Below, one piece after another: positions 6,894 through 11,947 of a stretch of 11,947 nt of DNA. Source of the DNA: PVC group bacterium (lineage in GTDB: Bacteria; Auribacterota; Erginobacteria; Erginobacterales; Erginobacteraceae); the NCBI GenBank assembly GCA_043804695.1, contig JAZDIV010000055.1:1-11947 (forward strand), given 5' to 3'. A program made the position numbers and the translations under genes. Numbering within the stretch: the stretch's first letter is position 1; every line of letters begins with the position of its first letter. The notes beneath the pieces are model-generated. The model searched no databases. It was not told the origin of the DNA and saw only the letters and a program-made list of their open reading frames with translations.

Positions 6894-7517
6894 TTATTCC
6901 CCTTGCTCCTTCCATTGCTTCAGGAACACTTCCACGCTTTCCCGGACCGCGTCCGTCACCGCCCGGCTGGTGATGGTGGCCCCGGTTAAAGCCTGAATGT
7001 CGGTATCGGTCTTCCCGGTCACCACCTTCAGTTCCTTGAGCATCTTTCCGGCAAACTGGGCCTCAAACCAGGGCCGGGCCGCCTCCTTTCCTTCGCCCCG
7101 GCCCAGAAGGGCCTGCCAGAAGGTGCGGGTACTGGGGACCTCGACCGCCTTGGTGCCCAGGCCCGGGGTCTCTTTCTGCTCCACGATCTTGATCCCGATT
7201 ATCGTGCCGTCCGGGTCAATCCCCACCATCACCTGGATAAGGCTGCTGTATCCCTTGGCCTCCCCCGAAAAAGCGAACCCCACCAAACGATCATCCCGGT
7301 CCAGCCCCTCGTAATAATCCATCGATTCCCCCCGCTTCCGTTCGGAAAAATAGGCCGCTTGCGGGAGCACTACCCTGAGGGCCTGAATCTGCTCCTCTCC
7401 GGCTCTCTTCTCAATGGCGCTCCTGGTCAGGTGATAGCCGACCGCCAGAGCGGTCCCGGAGATCAGACAGATCGCCATCAGGATAAGCCCCAGTTTATAG
7501 ATCTTCTCCTTCCCCAT
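6894..7517 (-). CDS. rnfG: Rnf electron transport complex subunit G
   Basis: N-terminal TM helix, GYSS.IQVMVGI, ETPGLG, WF..QF.GK, FMN-attachment motif TGATITS. Confidence 0.95.
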   Translation of the reverse strand: MGKEKIYKLGLILMAICLISGTALAVGYHLTRSAIEKRAGEEQIQALRVVLPQAAYFSERKRGESMDYYEGLDRDDRLVGFAFSGEAKGYSSLIQVMVGIDPDGTIIGIKIVEQKETPGLGTKAVEVPSTRTFWQALLGRGEGKEAARPWFEAQFAGKMLKELKVVTGKTDTDIQALTGATITSRAVTDAVRESVEVFLKQWKEQGE

Positions 7518-7929
7518 ATAAATTAGCTCGCTGCGCTCGCTACTTTATAATGGACCCGACTGCGTCGGGTCTGTTGGTTAACTAAGATATTTCACCGAGG
7601 CAACATGATAAAAAAGCCTTATAACCTCATATCTTAGCCCGATTTATTCATAAATCGGGTTAGTTTTGAACCATGACAAAGATTAAATGAATAGCCACAC
7701 GAAAAGATATTGATTTTATTATTTTCTCCGGCAATGAATTATAGCCAAAGGTCTATTTCTGCCGGCAGCGTTAACAAAAAGAATACCATGTTGTCCTTCC
7801 GGAGAAGAAAAAGCAGAGTGCTATAGCCGTATAAACAAGATTGCTATTCCTAATACATTGAACGACAATTATTAACCTGTCGGCATTAAACATACCATTC
7901 TTATTTTTTCGTAGAAAAAAATAAGATTA
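7518..7929 (-). mobile_element. Bipartite hairpin intergenic element, copy 2 (long form with AT-rich interior)
   Basis: End hairpin tcttattttttc-gta-gaaaaaaataaga (7899-7926), preceded by gtcggc..ataccat shared with copy 1. Conserved block 7518-7637; extra hairpin 7635-7662. Confidence 0.6.
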
Positions 7930-7932
7930 TTG

Positions 7933-8022
7933 TGCGCCAAAGGCGCATCTCCTCCCGAGGCGGATCTCCTCCCGAGGCGGATCAGCCTCAGGCTGAAGCC
8001 TCAGGCTGAAGCCTCGGGCTGA
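7933..8022. repeat. Cluster of tandem mini-palindromes
   Basis: tgcgcc-aaa-ggcgca (7933-7947); atctcctcccgaggcgg x2 (7947-7980); agcctcRggctga x3 (7984-8022). Confidence 0.9.
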
Positions 8023-8037
8023 AAATTCCGAAACAGT

Positions 8038-8094
8038 TATTTAGCGCCTTCAGCGCAGATTTTTAGTTTAAATTTTTTCGCAGAAAAAATTTAA
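8038..8094 (-). repeat. Minimal derivative of the intergenic element (both end motifs juxtaposed)
   Basis: Perfect 12-bp stem ttaaattttttc-gca-gaaaaaatttaa (8068-8094) includes the rnfD stop. It is followed on the minus strand by TAAAAATCT-GCGCT-GAA-GGCGC-TAAAT. Confidence 0.6.
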
Positions 8095-9083
8095 GTGCCG
8101 AAAATCCGGGGCCGGACGAACTTGTCGATCAGGGGGGTAAAAGCGTTCATGATCAGAATCGAATAGCAGACGCCTTCCGGGAACCCCCCGTAGAGACGAA
8201 TGATCGCGGTAATCAGACCGCAGCCGAGACCGAAGATCAACATGCCGGTTCCGGTTACCGGAGACGTGACCATGTCGGTGGCCATGAAGATGGCGCCCAG
8301 CAGAAGACCGCCCCCCAGAACGTGATGGTAGGGAGCGAACGCGATCGCCCCCTCCCGGGCGGGGAGCACCCAGGTCAGAAGCGCCACCGTTCCGATAAAG
8401 GAGACCGGGGTCTGCCAGCGGATATAACCCCGGATCAGGAGGAACAAGCCCCCGATCAAGAGGGCGAGAGCCGATGTTTCCCCGATGCAGCCACCGATAT
8501 TGCCCCAGAACATGTCCATTGTTGAAAACACCCCGCCCGGAGAGGGGACCAGGGCGGCCACCCCTTCCTTGGCCGCTCCCAAAGGAGTGGCATAGGTGAG
8601 CGCGTCGACCCCGGCATAGAGGGCGGTCCGGGGAGGGGACCAGGTCGTCATCTGAGGGAGCCAGGAGTGCATCACGAAAACCCGGCCGACCAGGGCCGGG
8701 TTGAAGATGTTGCGCCCCAGACCCCCGAAGGCCTGTTTCCCCACGGCAATCCCGAAGGCGGCACCGACCGCCGGGAGCCAGAGCGGGACCCCGGCCGGAA
8801 GATTGAAAGCCAGCAGCAGCCCCGCCACCGCCGCGCTGCCGTCGGAAACGGTGACCGGGCTCCCCCGCAGCTTCTGAATCAGCGCCTCGGTCAAAATCGC
8901 CGTGACGACCGCGACCACCTCGATCTGAAGGACCTTGAAGCCGAAAAAATAGAGACTGGCCAGGAGTGCCGGAAGGAGGGAGATGACAACCGCCCACATG
9001 ATCCGGGGGATCGTCTCACCGCCGTAAAGCTGGGGGGCGGGAGAGACCTGAAACAATCTGTCTTTTTGATTCTTACCGGACAT
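8091..9083 (-). CDS. rnfD: Rnf electron transport complex subunit D
   Basis: IMWAV...LLPA, DGSAAVAGLLLA..LP, KQAFGGLG.NIFNPALVGR, FMN-site D..TYATPL, GCIGETS, AIFMATDMVTSP, PEGVCYSILIMN motifs. Confidence 0.97.
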   Translation of the reverse strand: MSGKNQKDRLFQVSPAPQLYGGETIPRIMWAVVISLLPALLASLYFFGFKVLQIEVVAVVTAILTEALIQKLRGSPVTVSDGSAAVAGLLLAFNLPAGVPLWLPAVGAAFGIAVGKQAFGGLGRNIFNPALVGRVFVMHSWLPQMTTWSPPRTALYAGVDALTYATPLGAAKEGVAALVPSPGGVFSTMDMFWGNIGGCIGETSALALLIGGLFLLIRGYIRWQTPVSFIGTVALLTWVLPAREGAIAFAPYHHVLGGGLLLGAIFMATDMVTSPVTGTGMLIFGLGCGLITAIIRLYGGFPEGVCYSILIMNAFTPLIDKFVRPRIFGT

Positions 9084-9132
9084 TACTCTTTAATACTCAC
9101 AAGGTATGATCAGATCTATTCAAACATTCGAC

Positions 9133-9207
9133 TGGAGTGTTGGAGTAATGGAGTGCTGGAAAGCCGGCCCCCCCCATCACTCCAATACTCCACCACTCCA
9201 TTACTCC
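9133..9207. repeat. Inverted arrays of octamer TGGAGTRN
   Basis: tggagtgt tggagtaa tggagtgc tgga (9133-9160) face cca tcactcca atactcca ccactcca ttactcc (9174-9207). The last unit contains the rnfC stop. Confidence 0.9.
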
Positions 9208-10517
9208 CTGTTTTTATTTTTTAAAGCCTCTTTTCCCAGCTTGATCAGCTGGACCAGGTCCCGGCCGGCCGAACAGACGTAGGCGCAGCAGCCGCACTCG
9301 ATACAATTGTTGCCCCCCAGTTTTTCAAAATCCCTCCACCGCTCCTTCTCAACCAGCGTCCCCAGGTCGCTGGGGATCAGTCCCATCGGACATGACCGCA
9401 GACAGTCGCCGCACCGGATGCAGGGCAGGTTGCGCTCCCGGGAGATAGCCCGCATCACCAGCAGTCCCGAGGTGCCCTTGATGACCGGGGTGGCAAGACT
9501 CGCCTGGGCAATCCCCATCATGGGGCCGCCGGAGAGCACCCGCAGTTCCCCCCCGGGGATGCCCCCGGCCGCCTCCAGGAGGTACTGGAAGGGGGTACCG
9601 ATCCGGACCCGGAAATTCCCGGGCTTTTTTACTTCGGAGCCGGTGACGGTGACCACCCGGTCGATCAGCGGCTTGCCGGCGAAAACCGCCTCGGCAATCG
9701 CCACCGCAGTCCCGACATTCTGAACCACGCACCCGACCGCCGACGGGAGGCCGCCGGCGGGGACTTCCCGGCGAAAAAGGGAATAGATCAGCTGCTTCTC
9801 CGCTCCCTGGGGGTACTTGACCCGGAGCAGCCGGATCCGGATATTCTTCTCCTTATGGACCGCGGCCTGAAGCTTGTAAAAAGCGTCCATCTTGTTGGCC
9901 TCGAGCGCGATCACCCCCTCCCGGGCCCCGACAGCCCGCATGATCAGGCACAGACCGTCAAGCATCTTTCCCCCTTCTTCCAGCATCAGGCGGTAGTCAA
10001 CGGTCAGGAAGGGTTCGCATTCCGCCCCGTTGATAACCGCGTACTCGATCTCGGTGCCGGCGGGGGGACTGAGCTTGACCTGGGTGGGAAAGCCGGCGCC
10101 GCCCAGACCGACAATGCCGGCTTCAGCCACCCGTTTCCTGATGTCATCCGGGGAGAGCCGGGAAATGTCCCGGAGAGGAGGCATCCGGCGCCGGGAAGAG
10201 ACCGCCGGGTCAGTCTCGATCTCGATCGCCGGGGCATCCGGTCCGGCGGGAGAGGGAAACGCGTCTAGCACGGTCACCGTCCCGGAGACGGACGCGTGCA
10301 GGGTGGAAGAGACCGGGCCGGACGGCTCGGCGATCACCTCGCCCTCCTCGACCTTGCGGCCGTCTTCAACCACCGGCCGGGGGGGAGTTCCGGCATTCTG
10401 GTTCAGGGGGATGACGACCCGGGGAGGAAGCAGCAGTTCCCGGATCTTCTTCCCTTCCGTCAGCTCCTTGTATCCGGGGATGTGGATCCCCCCTTTGAAT
10501 GTCGGGAATGTGGTCAT
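9201..10517 (-). CDS. rnfC: Rnf electron transport complex subunit C
   Basis: TFKGGIH, IPL.Q..G, HASVSG.V, AGIVGLGGAGFPT.VKL, NGAECEPFLT.D.RLM, KYPQGAEKQLI, GGPMMG, CIRCG.C...CP and CIECGCCAYVC motifs. Confidence 0.97.
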   Translation of the reverse strand: MTTFPTFKGGIHIPGYKELTEGKKIRELLLPPRVVIPLNQNAGTPPRPVVEDGRKVEEGEVIAEPSGPVSSTLHASVSGTVTVLDAFPSPAGPDAPAIEIETDPAVSSRRRMPPLRDISRLSPDDIRKRVAEAGIVGLGGAGFPTQVKLSPPAGTEIEYAVINGAECEPFLTVDYRLMLEEGGKMLDGLCLIMRAVGAREGVIALEANKMDAFYKLQAAVHKEKNIRIRLLRVKYPQGAEKQLIYSLFRREVPAGGLPSAVGCVVQNVGTAVAIAEAVFAGKPLIDRVVTVTGSEVKKPGNFRVRIGTPFQYLLEAAGGIPGGELRVLSGGPMMGIAQASLATPVIKGTSGLLVMRAISRERNLPCIRCGDCLRSCPMGLIPSDLGTLVEKERWRDFEKLGGNNCIECGCCAYVCSAGRDLVQLIKLGKEALKNKNRE

Positions 10518-10704
10518 TATAAATTAACTCGCTGCGCTCGCAAATTTATAATTGGCTCCGACTTCGTCGGAGCTGTAGCTTAAACTAAGTTATTTCCTTC
10601 GAGGCTACACGCTAAAAAGACTTTTGGCGACCCGGGACAATATTGCCTTTTTAGGATGATAATTATTTATACATTCTTATTTTTGCGCAGCAAAAATAAG
10701 ATTA
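10518..10704 (-). mobile_element. Bipartite hairpin intergenic element, copy 3
   Basis: Perfect 12-bp end hairpin tcttatttttgc-gca-gcaaaaataaga (10675-10701) abuts the SH3-gene stop. Conserved block 10518-10620 abuts the rnfC ATG. Confidence 0.6.
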
Positions 10705-11610
10705 CCAGGTAACGCCCGCTCCCCTGACCTCCATCAGGGCGGGCCGGCCGTTTTGCTTGTCGATGATCACCGCCCAGAGACGCACCTGGCGGGACTGAAA
10801 TTTCCTCAGGTCGATGATGTCTCCGGTCAGAAAGCCGGTCGCATCCGAATCATACCGGGACTGAACAAGCTCGAATTGATACACCCGGCCGGAGAAGGCC
10901 ACCGGCTGATCCAGCTTCCGGATAAATCCGGTATACGATCTGACGACCCCCGGCAGGGCGGGCCGGGCGCCGGGGACAGGACGCGGCGGGATCGGACCGG
11001 CAATGAGCGGAGCCGGCCGGGGGACGGGGGTCGGAGAGAGAGACGACTGCGACGCGGGGAGCGCGGCGGCGCGGTCGCCGGCCAACGGCGACGGCCGGGG
11101 AAGCGGGGTCCCGGCCGCGGGAACAACAGCGCGAAAACGACCCGTTTTCTCCGGCGTGGGAACCGCTGCCGGTGGCGAGGAAGATGACAGGTAACGGGAA
11201 TCCACCCAGAGTCTTCCGGTCTCGGGGAGCGCGATCCTCACCCATTCCGCCTCTTCCTGGAGAACCGTGACCGGTGTTCCTTCCCGGAGATAGGTCAGCC
11301 GGCCGTAAGAGACCCCGGGACCGCTCCGGACATTGACCCGGCTGCCGGTGATCGCTCCATCTTTGACATACCGGGCCGAGACCCAGGCCGCAATCCCCGG
11401 CGGAGGAACGATCGCGGACCATTCGCCGTCAGTAAGAATCACCTCAACCTGCCGGCCCTTCTGGAGCTGGCCGACGATCTCCGATTTCAGGCCGGGGCTG
11501 ACCCGAAGATTGACGTTATTCCCGGTGACTGTTCGCGGGATGGGAGTGAGGTCGCCGAAGACCGGGGAGAACGGAAGGAGAGTGAGGGCAAATACCGTCA
11601 ATAATTTCAT
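10702..11610 (-). CDS. Secreted protein with two bacterial SH3 domains, Pro-rich linker and C-terminal domain
   Basis: Signal peptide; two repeats VTGNNVNLR.SPG...W..I.PP...AWVSARYV and ITGSRVNVRSGPG...WVRI..P...LWVDSRYL; Pro/Ala-rich linker. Confidence 0.9.
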   Translation of the reverse strand: MKLLTVFALTLLPFSPVFGDLTPIPRTVTGNNVNLRVSPGLKSEIVGQLQKGRQVEVILTDGEWSAIVPPPGIAAWVSARYVKDGAITGSRVNVRSGPGVSYGRLTYLREGTPVTVLQEEAEWVRIALPETGRLWVDSRYLSSSSPPAAVPTPEKTGRFRAVVPAAGTPLPRPSPLAGDRAAALPASQSSLSPTPVPRPAPLIAGPIPPRPVPGARPALPGVVRSYTGFIRKLDQPVAFSGRVYQFELVQSRYDSDATGFLTGDIIDLRKFQSRQVRLWAVIIDKQNGRPALMEVRGAGVTW

Positions 11611-11632
11611 CGATCTGGTCAGCCGGGCCGGA

Positions 11633-11788
11633 TTATTCTTTTACCGTTGTTTTCGGGAGTCCCAGAACGGACTTCTCGCCATCCCACTTACCCTTCTCCT
11701 GCAGGTAGCGGACACGCTCATACCGCTTGAGAACATTACGCCTGGCTTTGATCTTGCCTTTCCCTCCAAAACTCGGATGCTGCGACAT
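11633..11788 (-). CDS. PVC-superphylum small basic (signature) protein, 51 aa
   Basis: My translation: MSQHPSFGGKGKIKARRNVLKRYERVRYLQEKGKWDGEKSVLGLPKTTVKE. The MS.H.S / RNVLKR.ER / W / VLGLPK pattern matches the Chlamydiae-Verrucomicrobia-Planctomycetes small basic protein. SD AAGGAGG at 11797-11803. Confidence 0.9.
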   Translation of the reverse strand: MSQHPSFGGKGKIKARRNVLKRYERVRYLQEKGKWDGEKSVLGLPKTTVKE

Positions 11789-11796
11789 GGAAATAA

Positions 11797-11836
11797 CCTC
11801 CTTAAAATAAATTAGCGACCTTCGGTCGCAAATTTA
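11797..11836 (-). promoter_or_regulatory. Leader hairpin (element end-motif variant) plus Shine-Dalgarno
   Basis: Minus strand TAAATT-T-GCGACC-GAA-GGTCGC-T-AATTTA (11836-11808), then AAGGAGG and ATG. Confidence 0.65.
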
Positions 11837-11947
11837 GTTACTTATTGCGGGTTATACTATTCAAACCGGTAACAGTCGGATGATGTACGGGGATTAGTTC
11901 GAATTCTATTGTACAAGAAGTGACATTTAACCCTTTAGATTTTAAAC

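Noticed and set aside
7544..7580. Conserved TATAAA in the elements as a sigma70 -10 box
   Set aside because: No -35 at a suitable distance, the upstream hairpin length varies between copies, and the motif is explained as a stem arm.
7771..7893. 40-aa ORF (MFNADRLIIVV...) inside element copy 2
   Set aside because: No SD, not conserved in copy 1 (which stops early in the homologous frame), and no recognisable motif.
4222..10704. Elements as CRISPR repeats, integron attC sites or group I/II introns
   Set aside because: There is no repeat-spacer periodicity and no cas or intI gene. I see no consistent RYYYAAC/GTTRRRY ends and no intron catalytic-core motifs, and the flanking genes are core rnf genes.
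11633..11788. Ribosomal protein L28 as the identity of the small basic ORF
   Set aside because: It lacks L28 motifs and fits the PVC small basic protein pattern instead.
449..11815. Many long antisense or alternate-frame ORFs (e.g. 449-1252, 2332-3171, 3586-4293, 4353-5018, 6338-6973, 8068-8997, 11333-11815)
   Set aside because: They are shadow ORFs of well-supported genes in GC-rich DNA, with no recognisable motifs.

Overview
GC-rich bacterial chromosomal segment, most likely from the PVC superphylum: it carries the PVC-signature small basic protein at 11633-11788, which the ORF track missed. The minus strand holds a long co-oriented run: small basic protein - SH3-domain protein - rnfC-rnfD-rnfG-rnfE-rnfA-rnfB - folE - PduS-like (circularly permuted RnfC-like) FeS flavoprotein - lipoprotein. 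It converges on two plus-strand genes, a DUF2490-like beta-barrel and a MOSC-domain protein. The proteins are mostly ordinary; the non-coding DNA is not. Almost every gene junction carries a palindromic or tandem-repeat insert. Three junctions (SH3/rnfC, rnfD/rnfG, rnfB/folE) carry copies of one AT-rich bipartite element I do not recognise. Each copy has a hairpin at the upstream-gene end, a variable interior, and a conserved ~100-nt block with covarying stems whose last stem pairs with the downstream start codon. Shorter derivatives lie at 8038-8094, 11808-11836 and 387-416. Most of these hairpins have C-GNA-G triloops with consistent strand polarity. No transposase or other mobiliser is encoded in the window, so mobility and function are inferences.
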